A program made the translations under genes and the position numbers. The notes beneath the pieces were generated by a model. The model was not told the origin of the DNA and ran no database searches. It saw only the letters and a list, made by a program, of their open reading frames with translations. From contig NZ_JBIWFX010000002.1 in NCBI RefSeq assembly GCF_044763225.1, forward strand, positions 487,080 to 551,079: a DNA stretch of 64,000 nucleotides. The letters are read 5' to 3'. This stretch comes from Kitasatospora sp. NPDC096147. GTDB taxonomy: Bacteria; Actinomycetota; Actinomycetes; Streptomycetales; Streptomycetaceae. This document shows, piece by piece, positions 47,313 to 57,092 of this stretch (position 1 is the stretch's first letter; each line of letters starts with the position of its first letter).

Positions 47313-48050
47313 CTAAAGGCCCAGGTCGTCCAGCTCCTTGAGGAGCTGCTGGCGCTCCGTCAGCGCGGCGCTGCTCTGGGTGGGCGCGGCCTGTGCGGGG
47401 AGGGCGGGCGCGTCGGTGCCGGGCGTGCCGGTGGTACCGGGGGCGGCCGGGGCCTTCCGGCGGCGCTCGCGGAAGATCCACGCGCCGGCCAGCCCGCCGA
47501 CCAGCCCGCCGAGGTGGCCCTGCCAGCTGATGCCCGGGGTGCCGGGGACGGCGGTGACCAGGATGTACGCGAAGGAGGCGCCCATCACGACGCCGATCAG
47601 GCTGTCGATCAGGTTCCGGTCGATCAGACCGCGCAGCACCACGTAGCCGAAGTAGCCGAAGACCAGCCCGCTGGCGCCCACGGTGAGGGACTGCTCGGGG
47701 GAGAACAGCCAGACCGCCGCACCGCTGGTCAGGGTGAGCAGCGCGGTCAGGCCGAGGAAGCGCTTGACGCCCCGGTAGGCGGCCAGGAAGCCGAAGATGA
47801 ACAGCGGCCCCGAATTGCCTTCCAGGTGCTCCCAGTTGAAGTGCAGGAAGGCGGAGGAGAGCAGGTCGGGCAGCGACTCCGGATCGCGCGGCAGGATGCC
47901 GCCCTCGATGCTCAGCCGGTAGTCGGTCAGCCAGTTGACCAGGTGCAGCCCCCAGACCAGGCAGAGCAGCCCGAACATCACGTAGAACGCCCGTCGGGCC
48001 TCGGTGACCATCCGGCCGTAGTCGGGAGCGGGAGTCTGTTCGGCTGCCAT
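47313..48050 (-). CDS. Rhomboid-family intramembrane serine protease
   Basis: GASGLVFG holds the catalytic Ser and GHLGGLVGG holds the His. Six to seven TM segments are predicted. Confidence 0.8.
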   Translation of the reverse strand: MAAEQTPAPDYGRMVTEARRAFYVMFGLLCLVWGLHLVNWLTDYRLSIEGGILPRDPESLPDLLSSAFLHFNWEHLEGNSGPLFIFGFLAAYRGVKRFLGLTALLTLTSGAAVWLFSPEQSLTVGASGLVFGYFGYVVLRGLIDRNLIDSLIGVVMGASFAYILVTAVPGTPGISWQGHLGGLVGGLAGAWIFRERRRKAPAAPGTTGTPGTDAPALPAQAAPTQSSAALTERQQLLKELDDLGL

Positions 48051-48117
48051 GCCTGTGACTCTAGAGGTCCTAGGCTGCGAAGTGACCCCCGCCGTCGAAG
48101 TCGAGGAAGGTTCCGCG

Positions 48118-48636
48118 ATGAGCCAGCGCCCGCCGCTGCCGTACGAATTCCTGCCCCCCGTCCCGTCGTTCGCGCTCACCAGCGCCGATCTGACGGACGG
48201 TGGCACCATGCCGGACGCCCAGGTGCACGCCGCCGGGAACACCTCCCCCCAGCTCTCCTGGAGCGGCGCCCCGGCCGGGACGCTGGGCTACGCCGTCACC
48301 TGCTACGACCCGGACGCGCCGACCGGCAGCGGCTGGTGGCACTGGCTGGCCGTCAACATCCCGGCCGGCACCACCGAGCTCCCGGCCGGCGCCGGGGCCT
48401 CGGACGGCACGCTGCCCGGCGGCGCGTTCCACGTCCGCAACGACTTCCCGGGGCACCGCTACGACGGCGCCGCCCCGCCGCCCGGCCCCGCCCACCGGTA
48501 CGCCTTCGTGGTGCACGCGCTGGACGTCGCCGAGCTGGACCTCACCCCGGACACCCCGGCCGCCGTGGTGGGCTTCCACCTCACCCACCACGCGCTCGGC
48601 CGGGCGCTGCTGACCGTCGAGTACGCCCAGCCCTGA
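48118..48636 (+). CDS. YbhB/YbcL (PEBP / Raf-kinase-inhibitor-like) family protein
   Basis: A GAGGAAGG RBS is present. CYDPDAP..G..WHW and HRY motifs are PEBP signatures. Confidence 0.75.
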   Translation: MSQRPPLPYEFLPPVPSFALTSADLTDGGTMPDAQVHAAGNTSPQLSWSGAPAGTLGYAVTCYDPDAPTGSGWWHWLAVNIPAGTTELPAGAGASDGTLPGGAFHVRNDFPGHRYDGAAPPPGPAHRYAFVVHALDVAELDLTPDTPAAVVGFHLTHHALGRALLTVEYAQP

Positions 48637-48744
48637 CCTGCGCCCGGCCGCCGTCCGGGCTCCCGGAGGGCCCGGGCGGCGGCCGGGGACCGGCCAGTAA
48701 ACTGGCGGCGTCCAGCGCGTCGCCCGAGGGAGAACCCAGCCGCC

Positions 48745-49779
48745 ATGTCACTGACCGGGAAGCACATCCTCTCCAGCGACCAGTTCGAGCGGCAGGACCT
48801 GGAGCGGCTGTTCCGGCTCGCCGACCAGCTGGTGCCGGTCGCCCGGGGCGAGCAGGTCACCCGGGTGCTGGAAGGCGCCGTGATGGCCAGCCTGTTCTTC
48901 GAGGCCTCCACCCGCACCCGGCTGAGCTGCGAGACCGCCTTCCTGCGGCTCGGCGGCGGGGTCACCTCCACCACCGGCACCGAGGTCACCTCGATCGCCA
49001 AGGGCGAGTCGCTGGCCGACACCAGCCGGGTGGTCACCGGCTACGCCGACCTGGTGGTGATGCGTCACCCCGAGGTCAGCTCGATCCACGAGTTCGCCGC
49101 CGCCACCAACGTCCCGGTGGTCAACGCCGGCAACGGCGCGGGTGAGCACCCGACCCAGGCGCTGCTGGACATGTTCGCCCTGCACCGCGAGTTCGACCGG
49201 CTCGGCAAGCCGATGGACGGCCGCCGGATCGCCCTGGTCGGCGACCTCAAGCACGGCCGCACCGTGCACTCGCTGGTCAAGCTGCTCTCCCGCTACCAGG
49301 ACATGACGATCGTCTGCGTCGCCCCGGAGGAGCTGGGCATGCCCTCCTACCTGCTGGAGCTGGCGGAGGAGCGCGGCCACCGGATCGAGGTCACCGACCA
49401 GCCGTCGCTGGGCCTCAAGGACGCCGACCTGGTGTACACCACCCGGCTGCAGACCGAGCGCTTCAAGGACCGCCCGGTCCCGTACAGCGACGAGTTCCGG
49501 ATCGACAGCGCGCTGGTGAACCGGGTCTGCCGGGAGGACGCGGTGATCATGCACCCGCTGCCGCGCGACTCCCGCCCCGGCTCCAACGACCTCAGCGCCG
49601 ACCTCAACCGCGACCCCCGGCTGGCGGTCTTCCGGCAGACCGACGCCGGCATCCCGACCCGGATGGCGCTGTTCGCCTCGGTGCTCGGGGTGGCCGACGA
49701 GATCGCCGACTCGCTCCGCCCGGCCCGTTGGTACCGGCCCGAGTACGTCGGCCCGGACGACGCGCCGTTCTACAAGTGA
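48745..49779 (+). CDS. Aspartate/ornithine carbamoyltransferase-family enzyme (ATCase-like HPTQ type) with C-terminal extension, outside pyr operon
   Basis: STRTR is the carbamoyl-phosphate site. HPTQAL and HPLP motifs are present. At 344 aa it is longer than canonical PyrB. Confidence 0.7.
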   Translation: MSLTGKHILSSDQFERQDLERLFRLADQLVPVARGEQVTRVLEGAVMASLFFEASTRTRLSCETAFLRLGGGVTSTTGTEVTSIAKGESLADTSRVVTGYADLVVMRHPEVSSIHEFAAATNVPVVNAGNGAGEHPTQALLDMFALHREFDRLGKPMDGRRIALVGDLKHGRTVHSLVKLLSRYQDMTIVCVAPEELGMPSYLLELAEERGHRIEVTDQPSLGLKDADLVYTTRLQTERFKDRPVPYSDEFRIDSALVNRVCREDAVIMHPLPRDSRPGSNDLSADLNRDPRLAVFRQTDAGIPTRMALFASVLGVADEIADSLRPARWYRPEYVGPDDAPFYK

Positions 49780-49786
49780 CGGCGGT

Positions 49787-50521
49787 TCAGGCCCCCGGGG
49801 CCCCGTCCCCGCTCTCCTCGTCCTCGTCCTCATCCTCGGTCGCGTCCGCGTCCGCCGGGGCCTGACGCTCCATCAACCGCTCCGTGAGGTCGTCCAGCCA
49901 GCCCTGCGCCCAGTCGCGCAGGGCGGCGGACTCCTCCGCCGTGAGCCCCAGCCGGGCCAGGTCCCGTGCCTCGCGCCAGCCCGCCTCGGCCAGCCGGGCC
50001 TGCAGCTCCGCCGGGTCCAGCCCCGGCTCCCCCGTGTGCCGGTCGCCCAGCGTCTCCAGCTCCGGGTAGGACCACCGGTCCGCCAGGGCGAACAGGTCCG
50101 CCAGGTCCCGGGGCAGCCCCCGGTCGACCAGCGCGCGGACCTTCGTCCCGGCGAGGTCGGGCAGGGCCAGCACCGGCCCGTCCGGGCCCTGGTGCGGCGG
50201 CTGCCAGAAGCTCTCCTTCCGCAGCTCCACCCCGAACCGCTCGCCCGTCCCGGGATCGGCCGCGGTCAGCGCCGAGGCCACCGGATCGTCCACCAGCACC
50301 CGGACGGCCCAGCCGCGGGCCTCCAGCTCGGCCGCCGCCCGGGTGGTCAGCTCCGCCAGCGGCACCGGGCTCGCGGTGGCCAGCTCCACCGTCCGCACCG
50401 GGCGGTCCGGCAGGCCGTGCGCCAGGGCGGCGCAGTCGCCGCCGAGCACCAGCGGGAAGCGGGTGCCGAGCGCCAGCAGATCGGCCAGCAGCCGGTGCCC
50501 GGTGTCCGTCATGGGTGACAT
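49787..50521 (-). CDS. AbiEii/DUF1814-like nucleotidyltransferase-fold protein with acidic tail (possibly degenerate)
   Basis: LGGDCAALAHG...RTVELA fits the GG.AL..HG...R.T.D.D motif I, but with Asp substitutions. GTKVRALVDRGLPRDLADLF matches the K..A...R..RDl.DL motif. No AbiEi partner is adjacent. Confidence 0.45.
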   Translation of the reverse strand: MSPMTDTGHRLLADLLALGTRFPLVLGGDCAALAHGLPDRPVRTVELATASPVPLAELTTRAAAELEARGWAVRVLVDDPVASALTAADPGTGERFGVELRKESFWQPPHQGPDGPVLALPDLAGTKVRALVDRGLPRDLADLFALADRWSYPELETLGDRHTGEPGLDPAELQARLAEAGWREARDLARLGLTAEESAALRDWAQGWLDDLTERLMERQAPADADATEDEDEDEESGDGAPGA

Positions 50522-50770
50522 GCCGTCAGTATCGCCGCGCTCCGCGCCGCCTGCTCGGGGTCGCGGGTGGTGGCGTGCGGCGCCGCCGCCGCCGTGGACG
50601 GTGTCCCGGACCTTCATCGGCCGGGGTTCGCGCGCGGGGGTGGCCGGTCGGGGTGCACCGCGTACTCCTGGCCGCCGCCCCGGTGCCACCGGCCCGTTCC
50701 GGGCGTCCGTCCGGCGCCGGACGTCTGCCGGGCGGTGGCCACCGGCCCATACTGGGAGGCGGAGCACACC

Positions 50771-50977
50771 GTGGAACGCCGACCCGTCGAATCCAGCTGC
50801 CTCTCCTCCGCCGGCCACCAGGGCACGACGCTGGAGCTGGAGTTCCGCAGCGGCTCGGTCTACGCCTACGCGGACGTGCCCGAGACCGAGTACCGCGCGC
50901 TGCTCGCCGCACCCAGCCTCGGCCGGTACTTCCACGCGCACATCCGCGACCGCTACCCGTACCGCAGGGTCGGCTGA
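50771..50977 (+). CDS. KTSC-domain small protein (68 aa)
   Basis: GTG start with a GGGAGG RBS 14 bp upstream. LELEFRSGSVYAYADVPETEYRALLAAPSLGRYFHAHIRDRY is KTSC-like. Confidence 0.45.
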   Translation: MERRPVESSCLSSAGHQGTTLELEFRSGSVYAYADVPETEYRALLAAPSLGRYFHAHIRDRYPYRRVG

Positions 50978-51001
50978 CCCGCCGCCACCCTGACCGGAGG
51001 G

Positions 51002-51607
51002 TCAGCCGGCCTTCCCCGCCTTGGCGGCCTTCTCGGCCTTCGCCGCCGCCTTCATCTCCTGCTTGTGCGCCCGCACCTTCACCAGCGACTCCGGCCCGGT
51101 GATGTCGGCCACCGAACGGTAGGCCCCCTCCTCGCCGTACGCCCCCGCCGCCTGCCGCCAACCCTCCGGCTGCACGCCGAACTGCTTGCCCAGCAGCGCC
51201 AGGAAGATCTGCGCCTTCTGCCGCCCGTAGCCCGGCAGCGCCTCCAGCCGCTTCAGCAGCTCGGCCCCGGTCGCCGCGCCCCGCCAGACCGCCGCCGCGT
51301 CCCCGTCGTGCTCCGCCACCAGGTACTGGCAGAGCTGCTGGATCCGCTTCGCCATCGACCCCGGGTACCGGTGCACCGCCGGGGTCTCCGCGCAGAGCGC
51401 GACGAACGCCTCCGGGTCGTACACCGCGATCGCGTGCGCGTCCAGGTCCTCCCCGCCCATCCGGTCCAGGATCACCCGGGGCCCGCCGAACGCCTTCTCC
51501 ATCGGCACCTGCTGGTCCAGCAGCATCCCGACCAGCGCCGCCAACGGGCTCCGCCCCAGCAGCTCGTCCGCCTCCACCTGCTGAGCCAGGTGCACCTCGG
51601 TCGCCAT
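51002..51607 (-). CDS. HhH-GPD-type base-excision-repair-family protein with Lys/Ala-rich C-terminal tail
   Basis: Size and helix-hairpin-helix region, with a KAAAKAEKAAKAGKAG tail. Confidence 0.65.
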   Translation of the reverse strand: MATEVHLAQQVEADELLGRSPLAALVGMLLDQQVPMEKAFGGPRVILDRMGGEDLDAHAIAVYDPEAFVALCAETPAVHRYPGSMAKRIQQLCQYLVAEHDGDAAAVWRGAATGAELLKRLEALPGYGRQKAQIFLALLGKQFGVQPEGWRQAAGAYGEEGAYRSVADITGPESLVKVRAHKQEMKAAAKAEKAAKAGKAG

Positions 51608-51703
51608 CGCGGCCTCCTCCTCCGTCGCTGCGGCCCAGCGTAGGCGGCACCACCGGCCCCGCCCGGCTGCCGCTCCGGCGGCGTCGCACCCGGTGGGGGT
51701 CGG

Positions 51704-54700
51704 TCAGGGCACCAGGGCGGTGTGCGGGAGGTGGGTGCCCTCGGTGTGGTGGGTGGTGAAGAGGGTGGGGCCGAGGGCGGCGCGGGTGGGGGTGGTGATG
51801 CGGTCGACGTCGGTGCGTTCGGCCGGGGGGAGGGGGGCGCCGACGCCGGCGCGGGTGGCGGCGGCGCAGCCGAGCAGGCGGGCGGCGGTGGGGTGGTCGC
51901 CGGTGGCGGCGGCGGTGCCGGCCAGGCCTTCCAGGGCCAGGGCGATGGCGCGCGGGTCGCCGAGGGTGCGGGCGATGGCGAGGCCGTCGAGGTGGTGGCG
52001 GCGGGCGGTGTCCGGGTCGCCGGACTGTTCGGCGGCGAAGCCGAGTTCGGCGAGCAGGAGGGTGGTGACGGGGGCGTAGCCGGCACGGCCGCCGTAGGCG
52101 GTGAGCAGGTGGTGCAGGCGGGTGGTGGCGGCGGGCAGGTCGCCACTGCGGCGCTCGCCCAGGGCGAGGCCCACCTCGGCGTTCAACTCGCCTGCGCGGT
52201 GGCCCTGTTCGGCGAAGAGGCGGCGGGCCTGCTCGTGCAGAGCGTGGGCGTCGGCCAGGTCTCCGGTGAGCAGGGCGGTGCGGCCGAGGCTGGTGAGGCG
52301 CTTGGCCTGCTCGGTGCGCAGGCCGAGCCGCTCGGCGGTGGCCAGGCCGGTGCGGTGCAGGCGGGTGGTGGTGCGGTAGTCGCCGGCGATCTCGGCCAGC
52401 GTGGCGAGCGGGAAGACGCTCTGCAACTCGCCCCAGCTGTCACCGAGTTCACGGAAGATCAGGGAGCTTCGCTCGCCGTCGGCGCGGGCTCCGGTGAGAT
52501 CGCCCCGGCCGAGGGCGTGCCGGGCCCGGACGCTGAGGGCGGCGGCGGTGGTCCAGCGGTCGGAGCCGGAGTCGGTGGTGGCGGTGCCGGTGGTGGCGGT
52601 GTCGAGAGCGGCGGCGATCAGCCGCTCGCTCTCGGCGGCGTCTCCGCTGCCGAGTTGGGCCCAGCCCAGGAACCAGGTGAGGAAGGGGAGATCGGGGGAC
52701 TCCGGGTGACGGGCGAGCAGCTCTCGCAGGTGCGGGCCGTCGGCCTCCGCGCCGCCTTCGAGGAGGCGGAAGCCGGCCAGCCAGACGGCGCTGGTGGGGT
52801 GGTCGCCGAGGGCGAGGGCGGCGGTGAGCGCACGGCGGGCCTCGGCGTAGCGGCAGCGGAGCACCCAGGACCAGGCGAGGGCGTGCACCAGCGGGTGGGC
52901 GGCCCCCGGGGTGGTGGCGTGGGCGAGGGCGCGGCGGAGGTTGCCGGTCTCGGTGTCGAGGACGGCGAGCCCGCGCAGCTGCTCCGGGCCGCGTAGCAAC
53001 GGGTCGGTGGCCAGGGCGAGTTCGGTGAAGTGCCGGAGGTGGCGATCGAGGGTGGCGGCCTGTTCGCCGTGGGCCGCCAGTTGCTCCAGCGCGTAGGCCC
53101 GGACGGACTCCGGCAGCCCGTACCGCGGGCCGTCGGCCCGGTCGGCGAGGGTGAGCAGCGAGCGGTCCACCAGCCGGGCGAGCAGGTCGGGGACGTCCTC
53201 GGGCGGTACGTCGGGGCCGGTGCAGAGGGCGGTGGCGGTGCGGGGGGTGCAGCCGTCGGCGGTGACCGCGAGGCGACGTAGGACGGCCTGCTCGGGCGGG
53301 GTGAGCAGGCTCCAGCTCCAGTCGATCACCGCGCGGAGCGTTCGGTGGCGGTCCGGTACGCCCCGGCGGCTTCCGGTGAGCAGGTCGAGGCGCTGGTCGG
53401 GCTGTTGGTCGGGCAGTGGGGTGGAGTGCGGGCCGAGGCGGTCGTCCAGCCGGGCGAGCAGGCCGTGCACCCCGAGGGTGCGGGCCCGGGCGGCGGCCAG
53501 TTCGAGGGCCAGCGGATTGCCGTCCAGGCGGCGGCAGAGCTCGGCGACGGCGGGGGCGTTCTCCTCGGCGAGGGCGGCACCGGAGCGGCGCAGGAAGAGC
53601 CGGGCGGCGGCCGAACCGCCGACCTGGGCGAGGCCGTCGTCGGCCGGGAGGGCGAGTGGCCGTACGGGGTAGGGGAGTTCGCCGTCCAGGTCGATCAGGT
53701 CCTGGCTGGTGAGCAGAGTGCGCAGGCCGGGGGTGGCGGCCAGCAGTGGGCCGAGCAGCTCGGCGACGGCCTCGGTCAGGTGCTCGCAGTTGTCCAGCAG
53801 GAGCAACAGCTCGCGTCCGCGCAGCGCCTCGTGGAGGCGGGCGCCGGGGGAGCTGACGGTGGTGGTCCGCTCGTCCTCGATCCGCAGGGCGGCGAGGACG
53901 GCCTCGGCGACGGTGTCGGCGGTGGAGGCGGGTGCCGGGGGAAGGGAGGCGAGTTCGACCAGGCGGACGCCGTCGCGGTGCGCCGGGCCGGCTGCGCGGG
54001 CGGCGCCCAGGGCCAGCCGGGTCTTGCCGATGCCGCCGGGGCCGGTCAGGGTGACCAGGCGTTCGGTGGTCAGCAGCGCGCCGATCTCGGCCAACGAGGC
54101 GTCGCGGCCGATGAGTTCGGTGATCGGGGCGGGCAGGTGGTCGACCGTCGGGGCGGTGCGGGGACGGGGGAGGAGGGCCGGATCACGGCGGAGGACCTGC
54201 TGGTGGAGGGCGGTGAGGGACGGGTCGGGGTCCAGGCCGAGCTGTTCGGCGAGGGAGTGGCGCAGCTCGGCGTAGGCGTGCAGGGCCTCGTCCTGGCGGC
54301 CGGAACGGTACAGGGCGCGCAGCCGGGCGGCGGCCAGGCGCTGGCGGAGCGGATGTCGGGCGGTCAGTTCGGCCAGCACGGGCAGGAGTTGGTGGTGCTC
54401 ACCGAGGTCGAGCCGGGCCTCGGCCAGCTCCTCCTCGGCGGTCAGCCGGGCCTCGGTGAGACCGGCGGCTGCCGCGAGGGCGGACGGGTGGTCGGCGAGG
54501 TCGGCGAAGGCCGGGCCGCGCCAGAGCCCGAGGGCTTCGGTCAGCAGCCGGGCCCGTTCGGCGGGGTCGGCGGCGGCCCGGGCCTCGGTGGCGCGGGCGG
54601 TGAACAGCGCGGCGTCGAACTCGGCCGGATCCGGGGTGAGTCGGTACCCGGCCGGGCCCGAGGTCAGCAGGGCACGGGCGCCGGGTTCGGCCCGGTCCAG

Positions 54701-54919
54701 GGCACGGCGCAGGTGGGAGACCTTGCCCTGGAGGGCGTTGAGCGGGTGGACGGGCAGCTCGTCGGGCCAGAGCCGGGCGACCAGGACGTGCGGCGGGACC
54801 GGCCGGCCGGGCTCGGTGAGCAGGACGGCCAGCAGGGTGCGGACCTTGGCCTCGGGGACGTGGACGGGCACGCCGTCCGCGGTCCACACCGCGAGCGGCC
54901 CGAGCACCCCGAATCTCAT
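51704..54919 (-). CDS. SARP/AfsR-family transcriptional regulator (OmpR-type DNA-binding + BTAD + NB-ARC ATPase + TPR)
   Basis: MRFGVLGPL...VPVHVPEAKVRTLLAVLL is the SARP winged helix. LTGPGGIGKTRLAL is Walker A. Long TPR-like C-terminal repeats follow. 1071 aa. Confidence 0.85.
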   Translation of the reverse strand: MRFGVLGPLAVWTADGVPVHVPEAKVRTLLAVLLTEPGRPVPPHVLVARLWPDELPVHPLNALQGKVSHLRRALDRAEPGARALLTSGPAGYRLTPDPAEFDAALFTARATEARAAADPAERARLLTEALGLWRGPAFADLADHPSALAAAAGLTEARLTAEEELAEARLDLGEHHQLLPVLAELTARHPLRQRLAAARLRALYRSGRQDEALHAYAELRHSLAEQLGLDPDPSLTALHQQVLRRDPALLPRPRTAPTVDHLPAPITELIGRDASLAEIGALLTTERLVTLTGPGGIGKTRLALGAARAAGPAHRDGVRLVELASLPPAPASTADTVAEAVLAALRIEDERTTTVSSPGARLHEALRGRELLLLLDNCEHLTEAVAELLGPLLAATPGLRTLLTSQDLIDLDGELPYPVRPLALPADDGLAQVGGSAAARLFLRRSGAALAEENAPAVAELCRRLDGNPLALELAAARARTLGVHGLLARLDDRLGPHSTPLPDQQPDQRLDLLTGSRRGVPDRHRTLRAVIDWSWSLLTPPEQAVLRRLAVTADGCTPRTATALCTGPDVPPEDVPDLLARLVDRSLLTLADRADGPRYGLPESVRAYALEQLAAHGEQAATLDRHLRHFTELALATDPLLRGPEQLRGLAVLDTETGNLRRALAHATTPGAAHPLVHALAWSWVLRCRYAEARRALTAALALGDHPTSAVWLAGFRLLEGGAEADGPHLRELLARHPESPDLPFLTWFLGWAQLGSGDAAESERLIAAALDTATTGTATTDSGSDRWTTAAALSVRARHALGRGDLTGARADGERSSLIFRELGDSWGELQSVFPLATLAEIAGDYRTTTRLHRTGLATAERLGLRTEQAKRLTSLGRTALLTGDLADAHALHEQARRLFAEQGHRAGELNAEVGLALGERRSGDLPAATTRLHHLLTAYGGRAGYAPVTTLLLAELGFAAEQSGDPDTARRHHLDGLAIARTLGDPRAIALALEGLAGTAAATGDHPTAARLLGCAAATRAGVGAPLPPAERTDVDRITTPTRAALGPTLFTTHHTEGTHLPHTALVP

Positions 54920-55135
54920 GATCGCCACCCTAGCCGGGGCGGGGCGCGGGGCGCCGGTCCGCACCCCGAGGTGGTCGGGCCCCAGGGGGCGCTGACGCAC
55001 CGGCAGCACCGCGACGGCTGGGTCGACACGGACCGACAGCGGACCGACAGCAGGCCGACAGCGGACCGCAAGCGGCTGCCGCGACGGTGGTCCCAGCGGA
55101 CGGAACAGCCGCCCGATCGATCCGGAGGACCTCCC

Positions 55136-55999
55136 ATGACCAACGTCACCGTGCTCGGCCTCGGCAACCTCGGCCAGGCCCTGGCCGCCACCCTGCTGAC
55201 CGCCGGCCACTCCACCACCGTCTGGAACCGCTCGCCCGGGAAGGCCGCCGGGCTCGCCGAGCGGGGTGCCCGGCACGCCACCGATCCGGCGTCGGCGGTT
55301 GCCGGCGCCGAGCTGGTGGTCGTCTCGCTGCTGGACTTCCCGACCGTGCACGGTGTCCTCGAACCCCTGGGCGAGGTGCTGGCCGGTCGCACCGTGGTCA
55401 ACGTGACCAGCGGCACTCCCGATCAGGCCCGCACCATGGCCGCCTGGGCCGAGCGGTACGGTGTCCGCTACCTGGACGGCGCGGTGATGGCGGTGCCGCA
55501 GACCATCGGGACCCCGGAGGCGTTCGTCTTCTACAGCGGCTCGCCCGAGGCGTACGACGAGCACCGCGAGCTGCTCGCCCTGTTCGGTGAACCCAAGCAC
55601 CTGGGCGACGACCCGGGGCTGGCGCTGCTCCAGGACGTGGCCCTGCTGAGCGGGATGTACGGGCTGTTCGCCGGGCACTTCCAGGCGGTGGCGCTGGGGT
55701 GGTCGGCCGGGCTCTCGGCGGTCGAGGTCACCGGGCAGCTCGTGCGCTGGCTGACCGCGCTGCTGCCGGCCCTGCCGCACTTCGCGGCCGAGATGGACGC
55801 CCGGGACTACACCACCGAGACCTCCAACCTCGCGATCAACGCGACCGGCCTGGGGAACATCCTCACCGCCACCGAGCGGCAGGGCGTCCCGACCGCCCTG
55901 CTCGCCCCGCTCCAGGAGCTGTTCCTCCGTCAGCTGGACGCCGGCCACGCCGCAGCCAGCCTCTCCCGGGCTGTGGAGGAGCTGCGGGTGGAGTCCTGA
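55136..55999 (+). CDS. NAD(P)-dependent oxidoreductase of the beta-hydroxyacid dehydrogenase / imine reductase (IRED) family
   Basis: A GGAGGA RBS is present. VTVLGLGNLGQALAATLL..GH.TTVWNRSPGKA is near-collinear with characterised Streptomyces imine reductases. Confidence 0.7.
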   Translation: MTNVTVLGLGNLGQALAATLLTAGHSTTVWNRSPGKAAGLAERGARHATDPASAVAGAELVVVSLLDFPTVHGVLEPLGEVLAGRTVVNVTSGTPDQARTMAAWAERYGVRYLDGAVMAVPQTIGTPEAFVFYSGSPEAYDEHRELLALFGEPKHLGDDPGLALLQDVALLSGMYGLFAGHFQAVALGWSAGLSAVEVTGQLVRWLTALLPALPHFAAEMDARDYTTETSNLAINATGLGNILTATERQGVPTALLAPLQELFLRQLDAGHAAASLSRAVEELRVES

Positions 56000-56089
56000 G
56001 CATGCTGCGGGGCCGGGGCCCGGGGGCGCGGACGCCGGAAGGCCCGGACCGCAGAGGCGGTCCGGGCCTTCCGGCAGGGTGACGGCCGG

Positions 56090-56500
<411 letters not shown>

Positions 56501-56621
56501 GTCGAGGTCCCTTCGGTCTGTCCTGCCGGTGGGGTCCGGCGGTTCTCCTGACGGGTTCAAGTAGAGCACGCAATTAAATTGTGCGCAACTGAATCGCGCG
56601 GAGTGGCGCTACGCTGGACCC

Positions 56622-57092
56622 ATGAACACGCCGCCCGCCGAGCTCCCGGAGGAGGACTTCCTCCGTCTCGACAGCCAGATCTGCTTCTCCCTGCACGCGG
56701 CCTCGCGTGCCTTCAACGGCGTCTACCGGGTGATCCTCAAGGACCTCGGGATCACCTACCCCCAGTACCTGGTGATGCTGGTGCTCTGGGAGCAGGGCGC
56801 GCTGCCGGTGAAGCGGATCGGCGAGCACCTGCGGCTCGACTCCGGCACCCTCTCCCCGCTGCTCAAGCGGCTGGAGGCGGCCGGGCTGATCCGCCGTGAG
56901 CGCAGCCCCGAGGACGAGCGCTCGGTCACCGTCAGCCTGACCGAGGCCGGTGCGGTGCTGCGGGCGAAGGCGGTCGAGGTGCCGCGCCGGATTCTCGCGG
57001 CCACCGGCCTTCCGGTGGCCGAACTCGCCACGCTGCACGCCCAGTTGGCCAAGGTCACGACCGCTCTGGATGCTGCTGCCGCCGAGGGCTGA
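56622..57092 (+). CDS. ohrR: MarR-family regulator, OhrR-like (divergent from ohr)
   Basis: QICFSLHAASRA holds the N-terminal sensing Cys. A winged-helix block follows. Confidence 0.8.
   Translation: MNTPPAELPEEDFLRLDSQICFSLHAASRAFNGVYRVILKDLGITYPQYLVMLVLWEQGALPVKRIGEHLRLDSGTLSPLLKRLEAAGLIRRERSPEDERSVTVSLTEAGAVLRAKAVEVPRRILAATGLPVAELATLHAQLAKVTTALDAAAAEG

Noticed and set aside
46224-49145. 973-aa plus-strand ORF spanning several genes
   Set aside because: - It crosses three independently supported genes on both strands (the hypothetical TIM-barrel-like protein, rhomboid and PEBP), plus the start of a fourth.
- Its translation is low-complexity.
51722-55999. Plus-strand ORFs (51722-52996, 53345-55999 upstream portion) antisense to the SARP gene
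   Set aside because: Antisense to a 1071-aa gene with unmistakable SARP/NB-ARC motifs. Only the 55136-55999 portion (IRED-like, with RBS) is real.
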